Source: Nibricoccus sp.
GTDB lineage: Bacteria; Verrucomicrobiota; Verrucomicrobiia; Opitutales; Opitutaceae
Assembly (NCBI GenBank): GCA_047602425.1
Contig: JASGHG010000001.1
Location: forward strand, 3,712,001 to 3,776,000
Direction of reading: 5' to 3'
DNA length: 64,000 nt
Made by a program: the position numbers and the translations under genes. Position 1 is the stretch's first letter; each line of letters starts with the position of its first letter. Positions 27,773 through 37,147 of this stretch are shown here, in pieces. Below the pieces are notes generated by a model, which searched no databases, was not told the origin of the DNA, and worked only from the letters and a program-made list of their open reading frames with translations.

Positions 27773-30700
27773 ATGAATCTCTATTCGATCTATTTTCGGT
27801 TCCGCTGGGTGAACGTGCCCTCCGTTTTATTGGTGCTTTTGCTGCAACGCATGCCCGTGCTCCGGCTGTTCTTGCAGGCCGGGAACGTCTTTGAAAGCGG
27901 CGGCTGCGGAATGGTGATGAAATCGGTTTTCGCGCTTGCCGCGCTGGGTGCCTACAATTCCGTGGCAGGTGCGACGACTTTCAGTGTGACGCCGGCTGCG
28001 CCGACGAGCGGTCCGGCCGGCACGCAATTCTCCACCAGTGGGACCACGGACACGTCGATGAGCGTGAGTTTTTCGTTGTCGGGCGCTCCAGGCAGCCCGC
28101 GGTCGTGGAGCGTGATAGGTACGCTGCCAACCGGACTCAGCGTGACGGGAGGAAATCCGGTCAACGTGAGTTCGCCGTACAAGATGACTATCGCCGGTAC
28201 GCCGACGACACAGGGAAGTTGGACGGTGACGGTGAAGGCATGGGAGAAAGCCAATACGAGTGGCAATTCGGTGAGTGCCACGTGCGTGCTCACGATCACC
28301 GCGGGCACGACGACGAGCCCGCCGAGTTTTACCACGCAGCCCCAAAGCGCTTCCACCAATGTAGGTGGTTCGGTAACGTTTACGGCGGCAGCATCCGGCT
28401 CTCCAGCTCCGGTTTTGCAGTGGTATCATGACGGCACTTTGCTTTCGGGGAAGACGGCGGCTTCCCTTACCCTTGCGAACGTCCAAACAGCCGATGCCGG
28501 CTCCTACACAGTAACAGCGACAAATTCTGCGGGCTCGGTCACCTCAAGTGTGGTTGTGTTAACGGTATTGACCGCTCCGTCGATCACGGCCCAACCGCAA
28601 AATGCGACGGCGACGGTTGGCGGCTCGACGACACTGAGCGTGGTCGCCTCGGGCCCTGCTCCGCTTAGTTACCAATGGAAGAAAGGCGGCGCGGTCATCA
28701 GCGGTGCAACCACAGCGAACTACACCATTTCCAATGTCCAGACATCGGATGCAGGCAGTTACACAGTGACGGTGAGCAACAGTGTTGGTTCGGTCACGAG
28801 CAATACCGCCACTCTGACGGTCAACAGCACGCCCTCGATCACGAACCATCCCCAGAGCTTGTCAGTGGTGGTAGGCGACAGTGTGCTCTTCTCGGCGACG
28901 GCGACAGGAAGCGCGCCCTTGAGCTACCAGTGGCAAAAAGGTGGCGCGCCAATTGGTGGAGCGACGTCGGCGACTTATTCGATTCCCAGCGCGCAATTGA
29001 GCGATGCGGGCAACTATACCGTGGTGGTAACCAATGGTTCAGGCTCTGTGACCAGCAATGCGGCGATTTTGTCGGTTTTGGCCAGCGCTGTCGCACCGTC
29101 AATCACGACACAACCGCAAAGCGTCACCGTCACCGTGGGCGCCGGCGCAACTTTCACCGTCGCGGCCACAGGAACGGCCCCGTTGACTTATCAATGGAAG
29201 AAGGCTGGTGCGGCGATCAATGGTGCGACGTCCGCAACTTATACGATACCGGTCGCGCAGCTGACCGATGCCGGAAACTATACCGTGGTTATTACGAATG
29301 GTACGGGTTCAATCACTAGTTCGACGGCGACGCTCGCCGTCAGTCCCGCGCCCGCCGGACCCGTTATTGCGACTCAGCCGACCAGTCACTCGGTGGCCAG
29401 TGGCCACGATGTGAGCCTTGTGATATTCGCCACCGGATATCCGGCGCCTACCTACGCTTGGTATGTTTCGGCAGACAATGGAGCAACATGGACAGCGATT
29501 TCTGACGGAACCAACTACGCAGGGGCAACGACCTCGATCTTGACAGTGAAAAGCGCGACGTCGTCCCTGAATGGTTGCATGTATCGCTGTACGGCGACCA
29601 ATGCCACAGGATCGGTCAATAGCTTTGTCGCCACGCTTACTGTGAGCTCCACGGTTTTGCCTGCGCCTTCGGGATTGGTTGCAAGCGCGTCGGGGACGCT
29701 GACGGTTACCGATTCATCGAATAACACAATCCAGACCATAGGGACAAATTGGGTGATGACATCTCTCGCCGGCACTGCGGGCCAGCAAGGGTCGACCGAT
29801 GCGACGGGAGCGGCGGCCTTGTTCCGGCAGCCGAACGGCATCGCGATGGACAGCGCTGGAAACCTTTATGTCGCCGATACTGGGAATTCGATCATCAGGA
29901 GAATTTCCGCGGCGGGGGCCGTTACGACGGTGGCAGGCTCTTCCTCGAATCAAGGCTACCGCGACGGCGCCGGTACGACGGCATGGTTTAACTCGCCGGC
30001 CGCATTGACCGCCGATGGCGTCGGCAATGTCTACATCGCGGATTCCGGCAACGCGGTGATCCGTAAAATCGCGGTGGACGGAACCGTGATAACCTTGGCG
30101 GGCGCAGCTGGTTCGACTGGGACCGCGGACGGTGTGGGGAGTGCGGCGCGTTTCAACCAGCCCTCGGGCATTGTCGTCGACGGTGCGGGCAATCTCTTTG
30201 TCAGCGACACCTACAATCAGACGATCCGCAGAGTGACTGCGGCGGGCGTGGTCACCACACTGGCCGGGCTGGCCGGCGTGAGCGGCGCTACCGATGGTCC
30301 GGGCGCGTCGGCATCGTTTAATCAGCCGCGTGGTTTGTGTCTCGATGCCTCGGGAAATCTTTACGTGGCGGATACTGCGAATTCGGCGATACGAAAAGTG
30401 ACGCCGACAGGCGCGGTCACGACCTTTGCGGGGCTTTCGACCATCTCAGGTCTGCTCGACGGAACGGGGACCAATGCATGGTTTAATCAGCCACGCGACG
30501 TGAAGATCGATTCATCGGGCAATCTCTATGTGGCCGACACGGGCAATGCCGCCATCCGCAAAATCACTCCGACTGGCGTGGTGACAACCGCATCGCTTTC
30601 GGTAGCGAGCGCCAACCCGGGTGATGGTTTGTCTTCGTCTTCCGGTTCGGGAACTGCCGCGACTGAAAGCGGACCGGTGCCGGGAAAGGCTGGCGCGGGT

Positions 30701-30787
30701 GGCGTGCCAGGCTGGTTCGGCATAGGCTGGCTGATTTTAGCGATGAGTCGCTGGTTGATGCACCGCCGGCTTCGGCAGACGGGCTGA
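27773..30787 (+). CDS. Surface protein: long N-terminal leader, putative Ig domain, five Ig I-set-like domains, about six NHL repeats, GlyGly-CTERM-like tail
   Basis: Repeats SITxQPQS...YQWKK...DAGSYTV; NHL repeats FNQPxGIxxDxxGNLYVADTGNxxIRKI; tail GKAGAGGVPGWFGIGWLILAMSRWLMHRRLR. Confidence 0.85.
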   Translation: MNLYSIYFRFRWVNVPSVLLVLLLQRMPVLRLFLQAGNVFESGGCGMVMKSVFALAALGAYNSVAGATTFSVTPAAPTSGPAGTQFSTSGTTDTSMSVSFSLSGAPGSPRSWSVIGTLPTGLSVTGGNPVNVSSPYKMTIAGTPTTQGSWTVTVKAWEKANTSGNSVSATCVLTITAGTTTSPPSFTTQPQSASTNVGGSVTFTAAASGSPAPVLQWYHDGTLLSGKTAASLTLANVQTADAGSYTVTATNSAGSVTSSVVVLTVLTAPSITAQPQNATATVGGSTTLSVVASGPAPLSYQWKKGGAVISGATTANYTISNVQTSDAGSYTVTVSNSVGSVTSNTATLTVNSTPSITNHPQSLSVVVGDSVLFSATATGSAPLSYQWQKGGAPIGGATSATYSIPSAQLSDAGNYTVVVTNGSGSVTSNAAILSVLASAVAPSITTQPQSVTVTVGAGATFTVAATGTAPLTYQWKKAGAAINGATSATYTIPVAQLTDAGNYTVVITNGTGSITSSTATLAVSPAPAGPVIATQPTSHSVASGHDVSLVIFATGYPAPTYAWYVSADNGATWTAISDGTNYAGATTSILTVKSATSSLNGCMYRCTATNATGSVNSFVATLTVSSTVLPAPSGLVASASGTLTVTDSSNNTIQTIGTNWVMTSLAGTAGQQGSTDATGAAALFRQPNGIAMDSAGNLYVADTGNSIIRRISAAGAVTTVAGSSSNQGYRDGAGTTAWFNSPAALTADGVGNVYIADSGNAVIRKIAVDGTVITLAGAAGSTGTADGVGSAARFNQPSGIVVDGAGNLFVSDTYNQTIRRVTAAGVVTTLAGLAGVSGATDGPGASASFNQPRGLCLDASGNLYVADTANSAIRKVTPTGAVTTFAGLSTISGLLDGTGTNAWFNQPRDVKIDSSGNLYVADTGNAAIRKITPTGVVTTASLSVASANPGDGLSSSSGSGTAATESGPVPGKAGAGGVPGWFGIGWLILAMSRWLMHRRLRQTG

Positions 30788-30809
30788 AACATTCTGGACG
30801 TTGGAGAAT

Positions 30810-30839
30810 AAAAAAGCCGCCCTTGGGGCGGCTTTTTTT
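30810..30839. terminator. Bidirectional intrinsic terminator
   Basis: AAAAAAGCCGCCC-TTG-GGGCGGCTTTTTTT. Confidence 0.85.
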
Positions 30840-30860
30840 AGTGGAGACGAAAGGCAAATT

Positions 30861-31345
30861 TTAAGAGGCGAGCGCAAATCCCTGAAAATTCTGCTTAGGC
30901 GGCGAAGACGAATTTGGATCTTCCGAATGGCGCCGACCGGCGATCAGTTGATCGAGATCCCTGACGACCTGATGCAGTGTTTCAGCTTGAGATTGCAATT
31001 CGGTGGAAGCGCTGGCGGTCTCTTCGGCACTTGCGGCGTTGGATTGCATGACTTTTCCATGTCATTCATGGCGGCTCTCAGCTCGGCCATGAGCTTGAAG
31101 CCGTCGTCGAGTCCGTCCAGCCCACGTGTGGCGGAGACATCGCTCAGGAATTGTTGAACCTGTACCGTGTGGAGTTGCATCCCTTTGACCAGCAGCGCAG
31201 ATTGCAGTCCGCGCTCTTTTGCCGTGTGCACCGTTGTGCGGACCGACCCGGCGAGCAGGGAAAGCAGGACGATCACCAAAATGACTACAGCCATCGGAAT
31301 CACGATGCTTCCAACGAGCTTTGCTTTGAGGGACAACGACTTCAT
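30861..31345 (-). pseudogene. Methyl-accepting chemotaxis protein remnant (internal deletion plus 1-nt frameshift)
   Basis: N-terminal TM and QVQQFLSDVSATRG sensor start joined directly to the MCP C-terminal segment AAMNDMEK/MQSNAASAEETASASTELQSQAETL; frame change at about 31050. Confidence 0.75.
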
Positions 31346-31505
31346 GGCGGTATTGTCTCTAATTATCGGTTTTTTTGGCGGGCGGTGTAGGTATAAATAG
31401 GGTGGTTCACTTATGCCTATAGCACAGAGGAGGAAAGCGACGACTTAGGTTGGCCATTGTTGAGGCGGAAGGGGTGCTTTCGGCCATGTTTTCCCGGACG
31501 GCAAT

Positions 31506-31539
31506 AAAAAGGCCGCCCCGATAAAAGGGCGGCCTTTTT
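31506..31539 (-). terminator. Intrinsic terminator downstream of hppA
   Basis: AAAAAGGCCGCCC-N8-GGGCGGCCTTTTT. Confidence 0.82.
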
Positions 31540-31571
31540 GGTGTGTAACGGTCTGTGGGCTGGAAACTCGC

Positions 31572-34121
31572 TTAAGAGTTTTCGAATTGTTTTTCCATTT
31601 CCTGCAGTTCCTTCGACTCGCGTTTGCTCTGCCAGACGGCCCAGCCAATGGCGAAGGCGCAGACGAGGGCGACGAGTCCGCCGATGATGCGGGACTGGGT
31701 GCCAGTGAGAACGTTGAACTTGATCACGACGCCGAGGGCGAGCAGCGAGACCATGTTCATCACCTTGATGAGAGGATTGACGGCCGGGCCGGCGGTGTCC
31801 TTGAGCGGATCGCCAACGGTGTCGCCAGTAACGGCGGCCTTGTGCGACTCGGAGCCTTTGCCGCCGTAGTTGCCGTCTTCAATGAATTTCTTGGCATTGT
31901 CCCACGCGCCACCTGCATTCGCCATGAACACGGCGACGAGCTGACCGGTGAGAATCATGCCGGCGAGGAAACCGCCAAGAGCCTGAGTGCCGAGGAAGAA
32001 GCCCACTGCAATGGGGGTAAGGATGGCGAGGAATCCGGGCCCGATGAGTTCCTTCTGGGCGGAGGCGGTGCAGATATCGACGACACGACCGTAGTCGGGT
32101 TTCTTTTTGCCAGACCAGATGTCGGCGTCGCGGAACTGAACGCGGCATTCCTTCACGATGAGGAACGCGGCGCGACCGACGGCGCGGATGAGCATCGAGC
32201 TGAAGAGAAATGGGACGGCGCCGCCGATGAGGAAGCCGATGAACACCATCGGATGAGCGACAGTGAGCTTGCCGGCTTCTTCGAGATACTGGGCGGTGGT
32301 CATCTGTGAGATCTTGTCTTCGGAGCCGACGGCGATGACGGCGATGAACGACGAGAAAAGCGAAACGGCCGCAATGACGGCAGAACCAATGGCGATACCT
32401 TTTGTTTCGGCTTTGGTGGTATTACCCACGGCGTCGAGATCGGCGAGGATCTGGCGGGCGCGTTTGTAGGAACCCTTTTCTTCTTTTTCCATCGCTTCGG
32501 CGTCGTAACCCATTTCGCCGATACCGTTGGCGTTGTCGGCGACGGGGCCGAACACGTCCATCGAGATGGTGTTGCCGGTCAGCGTGAGCATGCCGATGCC
32601 GGTCATGGCGACGCCATAAGCGACGAACAGCGGAGGCGTGCTGGCGTAGCAAAGGAACGAGAGGAGGATGGCGACCGCGATGACGACGACGGTGGCGACG
32701 GTCGATTCATAACCGACGGCGAAACCTTGAATGATGTTCGTGGCATGACCGGTCTGGCAGGCTTTCGCGAGCGACTTGACCGGCGCATGGGTCGTGTGGG
32801 TGAAGTAGCTGGTGACCTTGTTCAACGCGATCGCGAGCACGACGCCGATGAAGCAGGTGATGACCGGACGCATGTCGAGGCCAGCGACACCGAAATTGGC
32901 CCAGACGGGAAGTTGGGTCGGGTCGCCATTCGGGAAACCGGCGGCGGCGCTGGCATTGCCGGCGAGATACGCGGCGTCAAATTTCAAGTAGGCGAGACCG
33001 AGGCCGATGAAGCCCACAACCGAAATGAAAGAACCAATCCAGAAGCCGTTGTGCACGGACTTGAGGGCGGTGTCGGATGTGTCATTGGCACCGGCTTTGA
33101 CGGTGTAAGTCGAGATGATCGAACCAAGAACACCGATACCACGAACGAGGAGCGGGAAAATAACGCCCTTGTGGCCGAAGGTCGCGAGTCCGAGGATCAT
33201 GGCGGCCACGATGGTGACTTCGTAGGACTCGAAGATGTCAGCGGCCATACCCGCGCAGTCACCGACGTTGTCACCGACGTTGTCGGCAATCGTGGCGGCA
33301 TTGCGTGGGTCGTCTTCGGGGATGTTCTTTTCAATTTTGCCGACGAGATCGGCGCCGACGTCAGCGGCCTTGGTGTAGATACCACCGCCGACGCGCATGA
33401 AAAGAGCGAGGAGGGTGCCGCCGAAGCCGAAGCCAAGGAGGGCTTCGTAGGCTTGTTCGCCGTAGGCGATGAAGATCAAGGTGCCGCCGAGAAGGCCGAG
33501 GCCGTCGGTGAGCATGCCGGTGATCGTGCCGGTGCGGTAGCCGAGCTGCATGGCTTCGCCGTAGGATTTGCGGGCGGCGGCGGCGACGCGGAGATTGCCG
33601 GTCGTGGCCAGACGCATACCGACAAAACCGACGAGCCAGCTGAAAATCGCGCCAACGATGAAGGCACCCGCGCGGCCCATCTTGAACGCGATCAGATCGC
33701 TCTGGGTCGTGAAGAAGAGGACAAACGTGATGATGATAATTAGCGGGAAAATCTTGCGGCCCTGGGCGGCGAGATAGGCATCGGCGCCTTCGCGAACGGC
33801 GGCGGCGATGTCCTGCATGCGCTTGGTGCCCTGGTCGGCGTTCTTGACCTGCTTAACCAGCATCAAGGCATAAAGCAGGCCGAGCACGGCGATGACGAGC
33901 ACCGCGACGAGGGAGTAAATCTCCATCGGGGTATACTTCGGGTCTGAGAACAGACTGAAGAATTTAAAGGCGTGTTCGCCTGTTGCTTGGGCTGCCTCGC
34001 CACTTGTCGCGCCGAAGAGCGGTTTGACAAAGAACGCGGCCAAAAAGAGCACCGCGAAGGAGCCAAGGTATGCTTTCGAGAACTTTCGGTTCCGAAAGAG
34101 TTTGAGCAGAGCTGAGCGCAT
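31572..34121 (-). CDS. hppA: Membrane-bound ion-translocating pyrophosphatase (K+-independent signature)
   Basis: GGGIYTKAADVGADLVGKIE, EDDPRN, DNVGDNVGD, LDAVGNTTKA, GGAWDNAKK, GDTVGDPLKDTAGP. Confidence 0.95.
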   Translation of the reverse strand: MRSALLKLFRNRKFSKAYLGSFAVLFLAAFFVKPLFGATSGEAAQATGEHAFKFFSLFSDPKYTPMEIYSLVAVLVIAVLGLLYALMLVKQVKNADQGTKRMQDIAAAVREGADAYLAAQGRKIFPLIIIITFVLFFTTQSDLIAFKMGRAGAFIVGAIFSWLVGFVGMRLATTGNLRVAAAARKSYGEAMQLGYRTGTITGMLTDGLGLLGGTLIFIAYGEQAYEALLGFGFGGTLLALFMRVGGGIYTKAADVGADLVGKIEKNIPEDDPRNAATIADNVGDNVGDCAGMAADIFESYEVTIVAAMILGLATFGHKGVIFPLLVRGIGVLGSIISTYTVKAGANDTSDTALKSVHNGFWIGSFISVVGFIGLGLAYLKFDAAYLAGNASAAAGFPNGDPTQLPVWANFGVAGLDMRPVITCFIGVVLAIALNKVTSYFTHTTHAPVKSLAKACQTGHATNIIQGFAVGYESTVATVVVIAVAILLSFLCYASTPPLFVAYGVAMTGIGMLTLTGNTISMDVFGPVADNANGIGEMGYDAEAMEKEEKGSYKRARQILADLDAVGNTTKAETKGIAIGSAVIAAVSLFSSFIAVIAVGSEDKISQMTTAQYLEEAGKLTVAHPMVFIGFLIGGAVPFLFSSMLIRAVGRAAFLIVKECRVQFRDADIWSGKKKPDYGRVVDICTASAQKELIGPGFLAILTPIAVGFFLGTQALGGFLAGMILTGQLVAVFMANAGGAWDNAKKFIEDGNYGGKGSESHKAAVTGDTVGDPLKDTAGPAVNPLIKVMNMVSLLALGVVIKFNVLTGTQSRIIGGLVALVCAFAIGWAVWQSKRESKELQEMEKQFENS

Positions 34122-34169
34122 GGATGGATGGGGGGAAGAGAGCTTTTTTGTTTAGGGATGGGAAATAGT

Positions 34170-34946
34170 TTAGCCGCCAAAGGAAGAGAGGGCGGAGCGC
34201 CACCATGGGTAATAGGTGGTTTCGAGTTCCTCGCGTGACGGCATCGGGAAGTAACGGAAGCCGCCGCCGGCAGTAGCGACGTAGAAGCCGCCGCGCAGGG
34301 TGCGGTAGAGCAGGTCCTGATGGAAGTTGCGCACGACCGTTTTCATTCTCTTGTTCGGTTTGGCCTTCAGCTCGCGCATGCAATCGCGCATATGCTCGAT
34401 GCTCGTGTAAGGAAGGTTTTGCACCTTGGCCTCGGGATCTTCGGCCATCTGTTCGAGCTTGAGCTCGGTGAAGACGAGGGCGGGCAGCGAAATGACTTTG
34501 GAAGAATCGGTGATTTCCTGGGCGAAGGCCTTTGGCTCAAGCGTGCTGATAATGCGGGGCGAGACCGGGCAGAACTCCTGATAAAGGTGAAAACGCGGGG
34601 CGAGATCCTGGTGATAACTGCCCTGCTTGAGCGTGAGCACGCGGCCATCGTCGGTCGTCAGATACAGGGCTTCAAAAGCATCGATGGGAGTCTGCTCGAG
34701 GACGCGATAAATGTTGAGATAGGCCGAGCGGCGGAGCGGTTCGCCCGCGGTGCGACCCAAACCAGCGTCGAGCCCTAATTTCTTGAGAGTGGCCTCGGCA
34801 TACGCGTCGGTCAGTTTGAAATAAATGGCCTGGCCGCGGGACCGCTTTTGCGAACCTACGGAGAGGTAGGAACCAAACTCCTCGGGGGCGAGGTGGGATG
34901 CAATGAGCGATTCCGGGATCAAGGACAGGTACAGGTAGGGTTTCAT
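34170..34946 (-). CDS. Hypothetical protein upstream of hppA
   Basis: 258-aa ORF with host-like codon usage, co-directional and 48 bp from hppA; no motif recognised. Confidence 0.75.
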   Translation of the reverse strand: MKPYLYLSLIPESLIASHLAPEEFGSYLSVGSQKRSRGQAIYFKLTDAYAEATLKKLGLDAGLGRTAGEPLRRSAYLNIYRVLEQTPIDAFEALYLTTDDGRVLTLKQGSYHQDLAPRFHLYQEFCPVSPRIISTLEPKAFAQEITDSSKVISLPALVFTELKLEQMAEDPEAKVQNLPYTSIEHMRDCMRELKAKPNKRMKTVVRNFHQDLLYRTLRGGFYVATAGGGFRYFPMPSREELETTYYPWWRSALSSFGG

Positions 34947-35145
34947 TTGGGGGGTGACTAGGTTGACGAACCAAATTTCCGATTATCGCTACCTTAACCC
35001 CGAATTGCACGCCGCGGCTGCGCGTGATTTGGCAAAACCTATGCGACTTTTGGCAACTTTCGCACACGTGTCGTCGAGAGGAGCCTGCAGCGAGAGCTTG
35101 TTGCCACAGCGGCACTTCCTGAGCCAGACGCCTGCGCGATATGCA

Positions 35146-35168
35146 TTTGTCATGTATTACATGGCAAA
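35146..35168. repeat. Palindrome TTTGTCATG-TATTA-CATGGCAAA (dispersed family member)
   Basis: 9-bp arms with one mismatch. Confidence 0.75.
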
Positions 35169-35350
35169 CTTCCCAGCGACAAAGCTATGAAGATATCTTC
35201 TTTTTCCGAGTAAGGATTGGGAGTGGCGAATGGTTATGTCGCCTACGTGACAAACGTGTCCGGGGCACCTCAAGACAAGCATGAAGTTGTCCGCTAAGCC
35301 TCCCTCAGAGACGGGCCGACGGTCGGGGCGCCGGCGCAGTCGGGACGCGT

Positions 35351-36493
35351 TTACAAGAGCACGAGGTCGTCGCGGTGAACGACTTCGAGGTGCTTGCGCG
35401 AGGGATAAAGGGGGCGAACCTCGTCGCTGGATTTGCCGGCGACGGCTTTGATTTCGTCGCTGGCAAAACCGGTCTTGCCGCGGGCGAAGACGTTGCCGTC
35501 GGGTCCGGCGATATTGATGACATCGCCTGAGGAAAATTCCCCCTTTGAACTGGTTACGCCGATGGCGAGCAAGCTGCGGCCCTGTTCCTTGATGACGGGT
35601 ACGGCGCAGGTGTTGACGAAAATGGTTCCGGTTGGGCGCTGGAAATACGCGAGCCAGCGTTTCTTCGCTTCGAGGGGCAGGCCGCTCGGCACGAAAAAGG
35701 TGCCGGGGCCTTTGCCAGCGAAGAGCCGTGGCAAGACATCTTCCTCGGCGCCGCTGGCAATGAAGACGCCGCAGCCTGATTTGATAGCGATCTTGGCGGC
35801 GGAGATTTTTGAGATCATGCCACCGGTGGCGGTTTCGCTCGTGGTGCCGCCGGCCATGGCTTCGATCTCGGAGGTGATTTTTTCGACGACGGGCACGATT
35901 TGTCCGGTGCCTTTCATGTCAATGAGTCCGGGCGCGGTGGAAAGAATCGCGAGGTAGTCGGCCTCGATGAGGCTTGAGACGAGGGCGGAAAGCGTGTCGT
36001 TGTCGCCGAACTTCAGCATCGCATTGATTTCGGCGGCGCTGACGGTGTCGTTTTCGTTGATGATCGGAATCGTGCCGTAGGCGACGAGTTGGTTGAGGAC
36101 GGACTTGATGCTGAGGCAGCGGTCGCGTTCGCGCAGGTCCTCGCGCGTGAGGAGAACTTGGGCGACGGTCAGGCTGTGGGGCTCGAAGCCACGCTGCCAG
36201 GTTTGCATAAGCAGGCTCTGTCCGACGGCGGCGCAGGCCTGTTTTTTGGATACTTCTTTTGGTTTGCGGGCGAGACCGAGGCGGCCCATGCCGAGGCCGA
36301 CGGCGCCGGAGCTGACGACGATGACTTCGATACCCTTCGCTTTCAGGCCGGCGACTTGCGCACAAATGGAAGCGATCCGGCCGGCGTCGAGCTGGCCGAT
36401 GCCGTGCGTGAGCACGCCGGTACCGAGCTTGATGACGACCCGGCGTGGACGTGTGCTGAAGCGGGAAGCGAGTGACGAAGCGGAGGAAGGCAT
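35351..36493 (-). CDS. proB: Glutamate 5-kinase
   Basis: VVIKLGTGVL, VSSGAV, AAVGQ, PIINENDTV, FGDNDTLSA, TGGMISKI, C-terminal PUA domain (SLLAIGV, VVHRDDLV). Confidence 0.95.
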   Translation of the reverse strand: MPSSASSLASRFSTRPRRVVIKLGTGVLTHGIGQLDAGRIASICAQVAGLKAKGIEVIVVSSGAVGLGMGRLGLARKPKEVSKKQACAAVGQSLLMQTWQRGFEPHSLTVAQVLLTREDLRERDRCLSIKSVLNQLVAYGTIPIINENDTVSAAEINAMLKFGDNDTLSALVSSLIEADYLAILSTAPGLIDMKGTGQIVPVVEKITSEIEAMAGGTTSETATGGMISKISAAKIAIKSGCGVFIASGAEEDVLPRLFAGKGPGTFFVPSGLPLEAKKRWLAYFQRPTGTIFVNTCAVPVIKEQGRSLLAIGVTSSKGEFSSGDVINIAGPDGNVFARGKTGFASDEIKAVAGKSSDEVRPLYPSRKHLEVVHRDDLVLL

Positions 36494-36503
36494 GCGGGAG
36501 AAA

Positions 36504-36575
36504 GGTTATGGGTGATGGGTTATAGGCGATAGGTGGTTTTTCCGACCCATGACCTATAACCAATGGCCCATGGCC
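36504..36575. repeat. Heptamer-unit inverted repeat between frr and proB
   Basis: GGTTATG GGTGATG GGTTATA GGCGATA ... CCCATGA CCTATAA CCAATGG CCCATGG CC. Confidence 0.7.
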
Positions 36576-36583
36576 AAGTCGGC

Positions 36584-37141
36584 TTATACCGTAAGCAGTT
36601 CTTTTTCCTTTTTCGCGAGGTGGTCGCCGATGTCCTTGATGTTTTTGTCGGTTGCGACTTGAACCTCTTTTTCGAGGCGCTTGTGGTCGTCTTCGGAGAT
36701 TTTGCCGTCTTTCTGGGCTTTCTTGAGGGCGTCCATGCTGTCGCGACGGATGTTGCGAGTTTGAACGCGGCCTTCCTCGGCCATGCGGTGGGCGACCTTG
36801 ACGAATTCTTCGCGGCGTTCGCGGCTGAGTTGCGGGAGGGGAACGCGCACGACGTTTCCGTCGACGGAAGGATTGAGCCCGAGGTTCGCCATTTGGATGC
36901 CTTTGACGATCGCTTGGGTGATGCCTTTGTCCCACGGCTGAATTTGGATCATGTGCGCATCCGGGGTGGAGATGGCGGCGCAGGATTTGAGCGGCTGTGT
37001 GGTGCCGTAGGCTTCAACCATCACGGTCTCCACCATGGACGGAGAAGCTTTGCCGGTATGGATCGTGCTGAATTCGTGCAAGGTGTGGTCGAGGGCCTTT
37101 TTCATTTTGCCCTGCATATCGGTGATGACGGGGTGGGACAT
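36584..37141 (-). CDS. frr: Ribosome recycling factor
   Basis: TGKASP, VEAYG, IQPWDK, LGLNPSVDG, RNIRRD, ISEDD, KEKELL. Confidence 0.96.
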   Translation of the reverse strand: MSHPVITDMQGKMKKALDHTLHEFSTIHTGKASPSMVETVMVEAYGTTQPLKSCAAISTPDAHMIQIQPWDKGITQAIVKGIQMANLGLNPSVDGNVVRVPLPQLSRERREEFVKVAHRMAEEGRVQTRNIRRDSMDALKKAQKDGKISEDDHKRLEKEVQVATDKNIKDIGDHLAKKEKELLTV

Positions 37142-37147
37142 ATTTTA

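Noticed and set aside
28690..30290. Multiple xGAT motifs (ISGAT, IGGAT, INGAT, YAGAT, VSGAT) as additional flavinylation sites
   Set aside because: They fall at regular structural positions of Ig and NHL repeats and lack the D/N-S-hydrophobic prefix.
35237..35252. TGTCGCCTACGTGACA as another member of the TAWTA palindrome family
   Set aside because: Lacks the TAWTA core and has only 4-bp clean arms; could be chance.
34947..35350. Possible riboswitch or sRNA in the 400-bp spacer between proB and the hypothetical gene
   Set aside because: No recognisable Rfam-type consensus by eye; an Infernal/Rfam scan would be needed.
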